Below are positions 1 through 8,826 of a DNA stretch of 64,000 bases, one piece after another. Below the pieces are notes generated by a model. It was not told the origin of the DNA and did not search any database. It was given only the letters and a program-made list of their open reading frames with translations. The stretch comes from a virus: the IMG/VR virus record IMGVR_UViG_3300042504_002519, positions 13,535 through 77,534 of that record; one strand, 5' to 3'. Positions within the stretch are counted from its first letter, which is position 1. Each line of letters begins with the position of its first letter. Position numbers and translations under genes: made by a program.

Positions 1-644
1 ATCGTTACCATGCCTTCAGCCTTGGCCAGGTGCTTCCCCAGGGCCTCCAGGCCTTTGCTAGGCAATGTGACAGGGGTAAAGGCTTCAACGCCCTCCTGGG
101 CCACGGGAAACACGCTGAGGCGATGGCCATCGGTGGAAGCAACTTCCAGGCCATCGGCAGCGGGCTGCAGGTGAATGCCACAAAGGATCTGCTTACTCTC
201 GTCATCGCTAGCGGTGACTAGCGTGGACTCTAGGGCCCTGGCCAAGGTGCTAGCCTCCAGGGTAAGCTGCTGGCCTTCTGCCCGTTCAATGAGTGGGTAG
301 TCCTCCCCGGGCTGGCCGGATAGGCTGTAGCTGCCGCCTAGGGTGTTGATGGTGGCCTGGCTGGTTTCTGGATCCCAGTTAAGCGCTAGGTTTCCCTGCA
401 TCCGGCCCACCATATCGGTGAGTAGCTTGGCAGGTAGCAGGATCTCGCCCTGCACGGCAATGCTGGCGCTGGCCTTGGCGGTAATGGTCACCGCCCCCAG
501 ATCACTGCCCGTCACCGCCAGGGTGTCTCCCTCAGCTTTGAGTAGCAGGTTTGTCAGTACAGGGTTGCTGGGTCTGCTGGGTACCGCCCGGTTGGGCAGA
601 CCCAGGACAGCGGCTAGGTCTTTGGCGTCAATTGTCAGTTGCAT
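1..644 (-). CDS. dnaN: DNA polymerase III beta sliding clamp (runs off window start)
   Basis: Manual translation from ATG 644: MQLTIDAKDLAAVLGLPNRAVPSRPSNPVLTNLLL...TGSDL...LPAKLLTDMV...EDYP...ASDDESKQILCGIHL...VASTDGHRLS; DnaN motifs. Not in the ORF track because it has no stop in the window. Confidence 0.9.
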   Translation of the reverse strand, partial: MQLTIDAKDLAAVLGLPNRAVPSRPSNPVLTNLLLKAEGDTLAVTGSDLGAVTITAKASASIAVQGEILLPAKLLTDMVGRMQGNLALNWDPETSQATINTLGGSYSLSGQPGEDYPLIERAEGQQLTLEASTLARALESTLVTASDDESKQILCGIHLQPAADGLEVASTDGHRLSVFPVAQEGVEAFTPVTLPSKGLEALGKHLAKAEGMVT

Positions 645-1224
645 CTGTATTTCTCCAGTTAGTACAAAATTCGATATCTGTTCCCAAGTTGCCGCCGAAG
701 CGGTGCCAGATGAACCAGGCCGTTGTCACCGAGTCACTGCCGCTGGTGTCCGCCCGGAACCGTGGCCGGGGGTTAAAGACGATCAGCTTGGCCGGTGGGT
801 GTTCTGCCAGCCAGCGGGCCCGGTTGTCGCAGGGCTCCAGGTAACTGAGCCTCAGTAACATGGCCATGCCTACCCGGCAGTTGTCGTAGGCCAGGGGCAG
901 GATCGCCGGGGCCTGGCTGTAGGGTGGGTTGCTGATCACCCAGTCGTAGCGGGCCATGCGGGCCCAGGCGCCAGGATCGGCGGCATCCATGGTGAGTGCA
1001 GCGGGCTTGGTTTCGTCAATGTCGGCGGTATCCACCAGACGAAACAGGCCAGACTCCTTCAGTACATCGCTGATCGCCCCCTCGCCATTGCAGGGTTCCA
1101 GGACGGTGGCCTTGTTGCGCCAGGGGACAAAGCGATGGCTATTCAGCAGTGCCCAGGTGAGCAGGCTGGGGGTGGGGTAAAAGTCGAGGGGCTGGCGGGC
1201 AAGGTGCTCAGTTTGAGTGTTCAT
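628..1224 (-). CDS. Small DNA amino-methyltransferase (N6-adenine type)
   Basis: DFYPTP, VLEPCNGEGAI (SAM binding), ISNPPY (catalytic). Confidence 0.8.
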   Translation of the reverse strand: MNTQTEHLARQPLDFYPTPSLLTWALLNSHRFVPWRNKATVLEPCNGEGAISDVLKESGLFRLVDTADIDETKPAALTMDAADPGAWARMARYDWVISNPPYSQAPAILPLAYDNCRVGMAMLLRLSYLEPCDNRARWLAEHPPAKLIVFNPRPRFRADTSGSDSVTTAWFIWHRFGGNLGTDIEFCTNWRNTDATDN

Positions 1225-1277
1225 GGCTCTCTTTGTAAGTGGGTGGTGTTTTGTCAGTGGCTTAGAGTTGGGTTCTA

Positions 1278-2204
1278 TTAAGCCACGTCGAAGAGGCTTT
1301 GCTGCGCCACGTCCTCGCACTGAGCAAGGTTCTTGGTGGATGCCCGGTAATAGCTTTCTTTCAGCTCGATGCCCACATAACGCCGTCCCATCTTTAGTGC
1401 CACATGGCCGCTGCTGCCAATGCCGTTGAAGGGATCTAGGACGGTATCGCATGGGTTGGTCCATAGCTGGATGGCCCGCTCGATAACCTGCAGCTGCAGC
1501 GGGCAGATGTGCCGCTCATCGTTATTGTCTCGAGCGCTTTGGTACTGGAGTGTGTCAGATGGGTTGATGTCTGCCCACACAGGGCTAGCGTATTGCTGCC
1601 AGATGTTTACCGAGTCCCTATCTTTTTGGCCGGTACGGGCAGGAGGATTGTCGCCCACATAGTCTACCAGCGGCCCATCAACGGGCTCAGGGTTGTCGCC
1701 TGGCTTGCGCATCACCACAAGGTAATCAGGGATGCCCTGGCGGCTAAGGGCGCTGTCTTTCTTAAGTTGCTTGTGCAGCAGCCCGAGCGCCTTAGTCCGT
1801 TGCATTGCCATTACAGGGTCCTTCCAGATGACAACCTCAGAGTGGTAGATAAACCCCTCTGACTGGAAGGACCGGATGAGATCACCACGGAAGTCCCTGA
1901 TCCCGATGTAGCCATCCCTGGCTTTGCTGGTGGGTAGGTTCATGCAGTGGAACGCCACTAGTCGCCCTGGCATCAAGGTGCGGTATAGCTCTTTAATCAA
2001 GAACTGGAAATGCTCAGCGAAGTCTTGATCATCTTTGCAGTTGCCCATATCCCGATCTGAGTTGGAGTAGGTATACAAACTGGCGAATGGCGGGCTAAAC
2101 ACTGAGAAATGGATCGAGTTGTCGGGGATGCCTTTGGCGACTTCAACGCAGTCACCGTGGTAAAGCATGTAGTTGGTGCCTTGTTGCTGGTTTAGAATTT
2201 TCAT
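1278..2204 (-). CDS. Site-specific DNA methyltransferase, N4/N6 beta class
   Basis: GDCVE, FSPPF, HICPLQ, VLDPFNGIGS, GIEL. Confidence 0.9.
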   Translation of the reverse strand: MKILNQQQGTNYMLYHGDCVEVAKGIPDNSIHFSVFSPPFASLYTYSNSDRDMGNCKDDQDFAEHFQFLIKELYRTLMPGRLVAFHCMNLPTSKARDGYIGIRDFRGDLIRSFQSEGFIYHSEVVIWKDPVMAMQRTKALGLLHKQLKKDSALSRQGIPDYLVVMRKPGDNPEPVDGPLVDYVGDNPPARTGQKDRDSVNIWQQYASPVWADINPSDTLQYQSARDNNDERHICPLQLQVIERAIQLWTNPCDTVLDPFNGIGSSGHVALKMGRRYVGIELKESYYRASTKNLAQCEDVAQQSLFDVA

Positions 2205-2212
2205 GGGTTCTC

Positions 2213-3610
2213 CTAGGCGCATTGTGGGTACTTCAGCCAGTCTGGAATGAACATATCTACGGATGGCTGATAGCCCGTAGATGTTCGAGTAGTCCTGCCC
2301 AATAGCCGCATTGATTCATCCCTCATCAGTGCGGCCATGGCGTCTGCCATTTGTCGTGCTGCGTCATCCTTACGCCGAATGTTAGCGATGACGGCCCCTT
2401 CCCTTTGCTCGTAAACAATGTGAACATTGACCGAGTTATTCTGGCCAAATCGCCAGCATCGCCTAACGGCTTGGTAGTAGGCCTCATAGCTGTGGGACAT
2501 GCCCACAAAAATAATATTGCTGCAATTCTGCCAGTTCATCCCAAAGCCAGCAATTGACGGCTTGGTGACCAGGGATTTGATGGTGCCAGACTGGAACCCG
2601 ATCATCGAGATGGTCTTATGGTCGTCGCTGTCGGATCCCTTGATTTCTACAGCCCCAGGGATCATCTTGCTGAGCATTTCAGATTCATCGTTCAGGTCGC
2701 ACCATATCAACCACTGATCGTCTGGTGCTTGCTGGACTATCTCTAGGGCCTTGGCGCATCTATCCTCTAGCGACTCGCGCCGGATGTGCCGCTGGTCGCT
2801 CAGCGTATCTGCTGAATGCCAAAACAACAGCCCTTCGGGGGGCTGAATGTTAGACTCGACAGGATGATCGTGGATCACCAAGTCAGGCAGGTTAAAGCCA
2901 TCATCGGCAAAGTCAAGATCCGATGGCTTGCGAATCATCACAGCCCAACTGCAGACCCACCGCCAAAAGTCATCAACGGCATGGCCCTTGATCCGCCAGT
3001 CCGATGTTCTACCGCCGTCATGGGTGAAGAACATGGCTAGCATTTCTTCTCGTGTCATGGCCCCTACAAACTCAGCATGGTTGCCAAGCTCCATGTAGTC
3101 ATTGGGGGCAGGAGTCGCCGAACAGGCCAGCTTAAACGGAGTGCTGGCAAATGACTCAATGATCTGAGTTCGGTATTTGCCGGTGTAGCTCTTGAGGATT
3201 GAGCTTTCATCCAGCACGATGCCAGAAAACGAGTCAGCATCGAACCGATCAAGCTTTTGATAGTTGGTGATGTTGATGCCATTGGTGACATCATCCTGGG
3301 ACTGACACTGAGTCACTTCTATGTCAAATTTTGCACCTTCTCTAACTGTCTGCGTAGAGACAGCCAGCGGGGCCAGGACCAGGACAGGTGCCCCAGTGTG
3401 CTTGTGAACCTGATCGGCCCAGGCCAACTGCTGCAGGGTTTTGCCTAGGCCACAGTCAGCCCAGATGCAAAACCGGCCCTGGATAAGGGCTCGATGGACA
3501 ATTGCTCGCTGATACGGAAAGAGATGGCGGTTTAGCCCGCCAGGGTCACAGTCGATGCCGTTGGCATCGATCCATTTCCGCTTGTTGTTGATAAAGTCGT
3601 GGTAGCTCAT
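2213..3610 (-). CDS. SF2 (SNF2/DEAD-like) helicase
   Basis: DCGLGKT, LDESS, SATP, GMNWQ, QAVRRCWRFGQ. Confidence 0.9.
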   Translation of the reverse strand: MSYHDFINNKRKWIDANGIDCDPGGLNRHLFPYQRAIVHRALIQGRFCIWADCGLGKTLQQLAWADQVHKHTGAPVLVLAPLAVSTQTVREGAKFDIEVTQCQSQDDVTNGINITNYQKLDRFDADSFSGIVLDESSILKSYTGKYRTQIIESFASTPFKLACSATPAPNDYMELGNHAEFVGAMTREEMLAMFFTHDGGRTSDWRIKGHAVDDFWRWVCSWAVMIRKPSDLDFADDGFNLPDLVIHDHPVESNIQPPEGLLFWHSADTLSDQRHIRRESLEDRCAKALEIVQQAPDDQWLIWCDLNDESEMLSKMIPGAVEIKGSDSDDHKTISMIGFQSGTIKSLVTKPSIAGFGMNWQNCSNIIFVGMSHSYEAYYQAVRRCWRFGQNNSVNVHIVYEQREGAVIANIRRKDDAARQMADAMAALMRDESMRLLGRTTRTSTGYQPSVDMFIPDWLKYPQCA

Positions 3611-3747
3611 GGCTCTTTGTAAGTGGTTGGCGGCTTATGGTTGGGTTCCAATAGACAGCTTATCCCCAGAGTGACACCCTGTCAATATACTGGGAGTAGA
3701 TCGGGCAGGGATGCTACGCTATGATCAATTGGCTTAGAGTTGGGTTC

Positions 3748-4446
3748 CTATTCAAAAACCCGTTTTACTTTCCTGGCTGCGTCGCCGCAGGCTTCTTGGC
3801 ATTGGTCATTACCCCATCGATTTTCTTCGTTGATCGACTTCCTGGCTACCGCTTCAGCTAGGCTGATGGCCGCTAGCTCCACATCATCGAGCCCGTCCCT
3901 GGTATGCACCACGCCCTGGGCTTGCCGGATCTGCTTGGCCGGGGCACCCAGGATCGGCACGTTGATAGCGTCAGTACATTTGGCATAGCCAATGCCTTCA
4001 ACACCGTGTTCCTTGAGGGTATCGGTGAAGTGTCGGCGGTTCAGCTTGCCGTCTAGCCTAGCCTTGATCCAGTTGTCGGATCGGCCCTGGCGCTTGTACT
4101 TGCTGACGGCATGGGTCAGGGCCTTGTCGGGATCGGCAAGAATGCCAGCGGCCCAGGCCCGGAACTCCGCACCACGCTGGCCAGGGCATAGCATCAGGAT
4201 CTGGTAGATGCCCTCTTCAGTGGCTACCGGGGTGTCTCGCTGCCCTCGGCCTGGGAATTTGAAGTTAACGCAGAAACCGTTAACCTCAGAGTGCTTGTCC
4301 TGTATGCGTTTTAGGGTTTCTCGTGTGTGGCTTTTATCAGCCACCCCGAACGCCACCAGTACATCGTAAACACTGAACCGTCGATCTTCAGTACTGCGGA
4401 TGGTGGATCCGCTGCAATCGAACTCAAAGACTGTTAAGTTGTTCAT
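3748..4446 (-). CDS. Bro-N-like/antirepressor DNA-binding protein
   Basis: N-terminal IRSTEDRRFSVYDVL...FPGRGQRDTPVA domain shared with the next gene. Confidence 0.55.
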   Translation of the reverse strand: MNNLTVFEFDCSGSTIRSTEDRRFSVYDVLVAFGVADKSHTRETLKRIQDKHSEVNGFCVNFKFPGRGQRDTPVATEEGIYQILMLCPGQRGAEFRAWAAGILADPDKALTHAVSKYKRQGRSDNWIKARLDGKLNRRHFTDTLKEHGVEGIGYAKCTDAINVPILGAPAKQIRQAQGVVHTRDGLDDVELAAISLAEAVARKSINEENRWGNDQCQEACGDAARKVKRVFE

Positions 4447-4513
4447 GGCTTTCCTTGTAAGCAAATGGTTTCTCGCTTAGAGCTGGGTTCTTAGTCTTGC
4501 AGGACCAGTCCTA

Positions 4514-5110
4514 CTAGATCAGGTCGCGGATCTGCCGTATCACGGATCCAATGTTGAAGTCTGCTTGGTACGGATCGAACCGAACAAAGGAGCAAGCTAA
4601 CGCCGACTTGATAGCCTTTTGCCTTTGATGCTCTTTGCGGCTGTCGTAAGCTGTATGCCCGTTTTCGTCGCATTCGACAGCGATCCTGGCTTCAGCAAGA
4701 TAGAGATCGATACGGTAGCCAGCGCAGTAGAACTGGCGAATTGGGTTTTGGTCGGAGAAAGCTTCCGCAATGACTTTGATGGTTTGGACTTCAGCCCGGG
4801 GGTAAAATTTATCGCTTGTGATTTCTGCCTGCCAAGGAGCCGCTTTGCACATTTCAAGGATTCTGCGAATTGTGGCCTCATCTGCTACCGGAGTAGGCCG
4901 TTGCCCGCGCCCAGGAAATTGGTGACGTAAAACTGTGGCGGCGAGTTCGGGATGCTTGTCAATCAGGCGTTTATAGATGTTGCAGGCGTTAGCTGATTTA
5001 TCGACCACCCCGAACGTTACCAGTACGTCGTAAACGCTGAACCGTCGATCCTTGGTGCTGCGAATGGTTGATTTGTTGTAGTCATCCCCAAAAATTGTTA
5101 GGTCGTCCAT
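4514..5110 (-). CDS. Bro-N-like domain fused to a DUF559/Vsr-like PD-(D/E)xK nuclease
   Basis: Same N-terminal domain; C-terminal YRIDLY...IAVECDENGH...RF. Confidence 0.6.
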   Translation of the reverse strand: MDDLTIFGDDYNKSTIRSTKDRRFSVYDVLVTFGVVDKSANACNIYKRLIDKHPELAATVLRHQFPGRGQRPTPVADEATIRRILEMCKAAPWQAEITSDKFYPRAEVQTIKVIAEAFSDQNPIRQFYCAGYRIDLYLAEARIAVECDENGHTAYDSRKEHQRQKAIKSALACSFVRFDPYQADFNIGSVIRQIRDLI

Positions 5111-5210
5111 GGCTCTCTTTGTAAGTGGTTGGCGTGTGGTTGATAGCCAGCGGCTTTTAGTTGGGTTTTAAGGCAAAAACACAAACTTTTAGCCCTGGCC
5201 AGTGGAAGGC

Positions 5211-5450
5211 TTAGCGGGAATTGCGCCAGGCCCGCTCGACTTTGGTCAGCGTGGCCAAGTCTGTTTTGAGCACTGTGACTAACTTTGCCATATCTGCTGG
5301 TGTCATTCTGGGAACAGACAGTCCTTGCTCCCATTTTTGGACAGTGGACACGCTAACACCTAATTGTTGTGCTAGCTCCTCCTGGGTTAGTCCGGAGGCG
5401 ACTCGTAATGTTTTCATGTTTATCTCCGGTAGAGTCATCCCTATTATCAC
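5211..5450 (-). CDS. XRE-family HTH regulator (Cro/CI-like)
   Basis: LRVASGLTQEELAQQLGVSVSTVQKWEQG. Confidence 0.9.
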   Translation of the reverse strand: MIIGMTLPEINMKTLRVASGLTQEELAQQLGVSVSTVQKWEQGLSVPRMTPADMAKLVTVLKTDLATLTKVERAWRNSR

Positions 5451-5538
5451 CTAGATCCTAGGAATAGACTAACACGATCCCTTATAGGGAACGGCGAAAC
5501 TCATAAGGGAAACCTATCAAGAGGATACTAGGAACTAC

Positions 5539-5568
5539 TTGACAGATACCAAGCCCAGGCCCTACTAT
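5539..5568 (+). promoter_or_regulatory. Sigma70-type promoter for the rightward early operon
   Basis: TTGACA-N18-TACTAT, divergent from the XRE gene. Confidence 0.6.
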
Positions 5569-5692
5569 TGAAATATCGACAGCAACCCACAGCCGCTAGC
5601 TAATAGCCGGGTTCTGTCAGTCCAGAGAAAAGGGGTCCGTCGCGCCAACGACTCGCCCCTTCGTTAAATCCACTTACAAAGGATCTTCCCTA

Positions 5693-6022
5693 ATGATACG
5701 CCAAATTTCCGTAACCGTCCTGGCCGCTTCCCTTTCCTTGCTTGCCCTGCCCACCATGCCCTCCGCGACTGCTGTGGCCCTGCGTGGCGACGGCTATTGC
5801 CCACCCGAGCAATACAGCTCGGACCCCGACTGTGTCCCTCGCGGATGGCGGGGCACTGGCCGGATCGGTGACGCTGACGAAGCCTCCAGCCGGGACCGGT
5901 TCCCCGAATGCATGAACGGCGTGTGCCGCAACCGTCAGGCCAGCCTGGTAGCCACGTCCGAGGCTGACAAGCGCAACCAGTTCCCTGGCGGTCGTCCACG
6001 TCAGCCTGAGCACCTAGGCTAG
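5693..6022 (+). CDS. Secreted small protein with RGTGR motif (PatX-like)
   Basis: N-terminal signal-peptide-like stretch, RGTGR at 5849-5863, two Cys pairs. Confidence 0.5.
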   Translation: MIRQISVTVLAASLSLLALPTMPSATAVALRGDGYCPPEQYSSDPDCVPRGWRGTGRIGDADEASSRDRFPECMNGVCRNRQASLVATSEADKRNQFPGGRPRQPEHLG

Positions 6023-6091
6023 ATCCCTGGGGGCTGGCCCTTGCTGGCCCCAACCTGTTCCGCCAACCATCCACACCACTTACAGAGAACC

Positions 6092-6385
6092 ATGGAATAC
6101 ACCAGCACTATCGAACGCTACGAGCCTACAGCACTGGATCTAGTCCAGGAGTCGCCGGTGAGCGACGATCCCCAAGTCAAGCTGTACTCTGCCCAAGTTG
6201 TTTATCCCTCTGGGGAATGGCTAAACCTAGACAATATCCGGGTTATTGCTGGCCCTGGGGAGGCCTTCCTGGCTGCTGAGCTGGCTGGGATTTTTGCCGA
6301 CCAGATCCAGGGTGCCAAGGTCAACACCGTCTGGTGCCCCGCCGACGTCCGGGACCAGGTGTTTGCTGACGACGACGAGTTTTAG
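6092..6385 (+). CDS. Hypothetical acidic protein
   Basis: ORF preceded by the CCACTTACAGAGA leader. Confidence 0.6.
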   Translation: MEYTSTIERYEPTALDLVQESPVSDDPQVKLYSAQVVYPSGEWLNLDNIRVIAGPGEAFLAAELAGIFADQIQGAKVNTVWCPADVRDQVFADDDEF

Positions 6386-6433
6386 TCCACCACGATGGGG
6401 TCTTCGGGCCCCTTAGTCTTTAGGAGAACCACC

Positions 6434-6910
6434 ATGGCCGCAACCCTGTTAACCGCCACCGTCGAGACCATTGGCAAGCCTAAGACCAGCAAGTACGAAG
6501 GCAAGCCCGACTACAGGCCCGTAGCCTTCAAGCTGCCGGATGGCAGTGAGGTATGGCGCAACTACAACGTTGGATCGCCTGAACTAGCTTGGCTGCAACG
6601 TGGCCAGGCTTACCAAGTAGTCGTTGACGGCGATACTGTGACTCCGGTACAGCCGGAGCAAGCCACTAGCCAGCCACAGGCCCAGCCTAGTCAGCCTGCT
6701 ACTAGCTACCAGCCATCGCCCAGGCTAGACCAGATGGCCAAGGAAGAGAAGGCTGAAATTATCAGCTACATCACCTCCCTGGCTGGCCTCTACGCCTACG
6801 CCTACCAACAGGCCCAGGCTACGTTGACGCCCCATGGTGCACCCCTGGAGGCGATCCAGGCGGCTGCATCCACCACATTCATCCAGGCCGCAAAGCGCTT
6901 TCAACTGTGA
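6434..6910 (+). CDS. Hypothetical protein, possibly SSB-like
   Basis: AGGAG RBS; beta-rich N-terminus, Q/P linker, helical C-terminus. Confidence 0.45.
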   Translation: MAATLLTATVETIGKPKTSKYEGKPDYRPVAFKLPDGSEVWRNYNVGSPELAWLQRGQAYQVVVDGDTVTPVQPEQATSQPQAQPSQPATSYQPSPRLDQMAKEEKAEIISYITSLAGLYAYAYQQAQATLTPHGAPLEAIQAAASTTFIQAAKRFQL

Positions 6911-7092
6911 GCGCCACCATCGCCCGGCTGCGCCCCTGCCTGGCCGGGCGGCTATCCATTTTTCTGCATACACGGGCCCAGTACTTACGCCAGATCATTG
7001 CTAGGCACCCTGAGGATGGGGCTGCACAGCACGAACTGGAGCTAGTGCTAGCCCAGATCCGATACCTACCCTTTATTGAGGAACGACCATGA
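6907..7092 (+). CDS. Hypothetical protein
   Basis: Overlapping stop/start coupling on both sides. Confidence 0.5.
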   Translation: MSATIARLRPCLAGRLSIFLHTRAQYLRQIIARHPEDGAAQHELELVLAQIRYLPFIEERP

Positions 7093-7469
7093 ACTTACCC
7101 GCTGACCCTACCCGCACCGAGATCTTGGCCTACCTGCTGGCCTACTCAGCCTACTGGCGGGGTGAACTAGAGAGCGCTATGGATGCGGCCAATGTGCCGT
7201 CGAGCAGCATTAACGCCATCCAGGGCGACTTATCTGCCGCCCTGTTTGCTGAAACGACCATGAACTTACCCGCTGACCCTACCCGCTCCGAGGTGCTGGC
7301 CTACCTGCTGGCCTACTCAGCCTACTGGCGGGGTGAACTAGAGAGCGCTATGGATGCGGCCAATGTGCCGTCGAGCAGCATTAACGCCATCCAGGGCGAC
7401 TTATCTGCCGCCCTGTTTGCTGAAATGGCCAGAGTAAACCAAGCCCGTATGGAGGATGACGGCCTATGA
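7089..7469 (+). CDS. Hypothetical protein made of a 171-bp tandem duplication
   Basis: MNLPADPTR... occurs twice, ATGs at 7089 and 7260. Confidence 0.55.
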   Translation: MNLPADPTRTEILAYLLAYSAYWRGELESAMDAANVPSSSINAIQGDLSAALFAETTMNLPADPTRSEVLAYLLAYSAYWRGELESAMDAANVPSSSINAIQGDLSAALFAEMARVNQARMEDDGL

Positions 7470-7626
7470 AACGACGTAAACCCCTGGCCGACAACGTAGC
7501 TGCTGAGCTACGCCGAGAACTACGGCAGCAGCAGGCACAGCAAGGCCAGCAAGGCCAGGAACCCCAGCAAAGCCAGCAACAGGGCTGGCAGGAACAGATA
7601 CAGCAACAACTAGACGAGGTGTACTA

Positions 7627-7815
7627 ATGGCAACTTATGTTTTTACCTGGGAGAAGGCCTATGCTAGCGGAGTGCTAGAGGGCAGCTCGACTGTCCAGAT
7701 CACCAGTGGGGATATTCGCATGGGCATCACCGCTGCTCAATTGCAGATAGCCCAGCTTCACTCAGTCTCACCTAATGAAGTCCACATCCGCGATATCCAA
7801 CGGGTTAGGCTCTAG
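7627..7815 (+). CDS. Hypothetical protein
   Basis: GAGG RBS; last gene before the terminator. Confidence 0.55.
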   Translation: MATYVFTWEKAYASGVLEGSSTVQITSGDIRMGITAAQLQIAQLHSVSPNEVHIRDIQRVRL

Positions 7816-7841
7816 CTAGCGAAGCTTTTTTGCTGCCATCT

Positions 7842-7868
7842 AAACCCCGGCTATAAGCTGGGGTTTTT
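7842..7868 (+). terminator. Intrinsic terminator
   Basis: AAACCCCGGC-TATAA-GCTGGGGTTTTT. Confidence 0.75.
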
Positions 7869-7907
7869 GCTTTGGGCACTATTTAAGTAAGTGCTGGTTG
7901 TAACAAA

Positions 7908-8768
7908 ATGTTGACCACGCGACGGCTATCAGATGAAGTCCTCGAAATCCGGATCCGCTACACCGGGGAGGAAACCTATCACTTTTTGTTGGCCAGCGAC
8001 ATTCACCTGGATAACCCAAAGTGTGATCGCAAGTTATTCTTTTCTCACCTCGACAAAATGAAGGCTCTCGGTGGTAGGGCCTTATTTTTTGGTGATGTGC
8101 TATGCCTGATGCAGGGCAAGCGCGACAAGCGGGGCAGCAAGGCCAGCATTCGCCCCGAGCACCAGGGCGCCAACTACTTTGACTTGGTATTCAAGGAGTC
8201 CGCTGACATTCTGGCACCCTACGGCCAGGAGATCCTAATGATGGGCAACGGCAACCATGAGACAGCCATCATCAACCACCAGGAGATAGATCCCCTGGCT
8301 AATGTGGTACAGCAGCTGCGGGGCCGCCACGGGGCCATCACCGAGCACATGGGCTATCAGGGCTGGATCCGGTTTGTGTTTTACAAAGAACGGGGCCGAG
8401 GCGTCGAGGCTGTTCGGCGGTGCAACCTGTTCTTTCACCACGGGGCCTGGGGTGGTATTGTCACCAAGGGCACCATGGGCGGTGGCCGGTATGCCAGCAT
8501 TGCACCGGACGCGGATATTATCGTCAATGGCCACAATCACGAGCGCAGCATCGTTTCTCACCCTTGCTACCGGTTGATCGAAACCGGCAAGGTGCGGGTG
8601 ACGCCCCGATACCACGTGCAGTCTGGCACCTACAAGGAGGAGTTCGCTGGTAGCAACGGCTGGGCGGTGGAGCGGATCGTCATGCCGAAATCTCTAGGCG
8701 GCGTCTGGCTGAGGCTGACTCCCACTAAGTCCGCTGGCGTTGTGGTTTCACTGGAACCGGCTAGCTGA
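7908..8768 (+). CDS. Calcineurin-like metallophosphoesterase
   Basis: SDIH, GD, GNHE, HHG and GHNH motifs. Confidence 0.85.
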   Translation: MLTTRRLSDEVLEIRIRYTGEETYHFLLASDIHLDNPKCDRKLFFSHLDKMKALGGRALFFGDVLCLMQGKRDKRGSKASIRPEHQGANYFDLVFKESADILAPYGQEILMMGNGNHETAIINHQEIDPLANVVQQLRGRHGAITEHMGYQGWIRFVFYKERGRGVEAVRRCNLFFHHGAWGGIVTKGTMGGGRYASIAPDADIIVNGHNHERSIVSHPCYRLIETGKVRVTPRYHVQSGTYKEEFAGSNGWAVERIVMPKSLGGVWLRLTPTKSAGVVVSLEPAS

Positions 8769-8780
8769 AATCGGTTAACT

Positions 8781-8824
8781 GTGCTATAGTAAAGGACAGG
8801 AACCTTGAAAATTTGGTGGTAAGT
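8781..8824 (+). promoter_or_regulatory. Leader of array A: extended -10 plus boxA
   Basis: TGCTATAGT followed by GAACCTTGAAAA; 36/44 identical to the array B leader. Confidence 0.75.
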
Positions 8825-8826
8825 CG

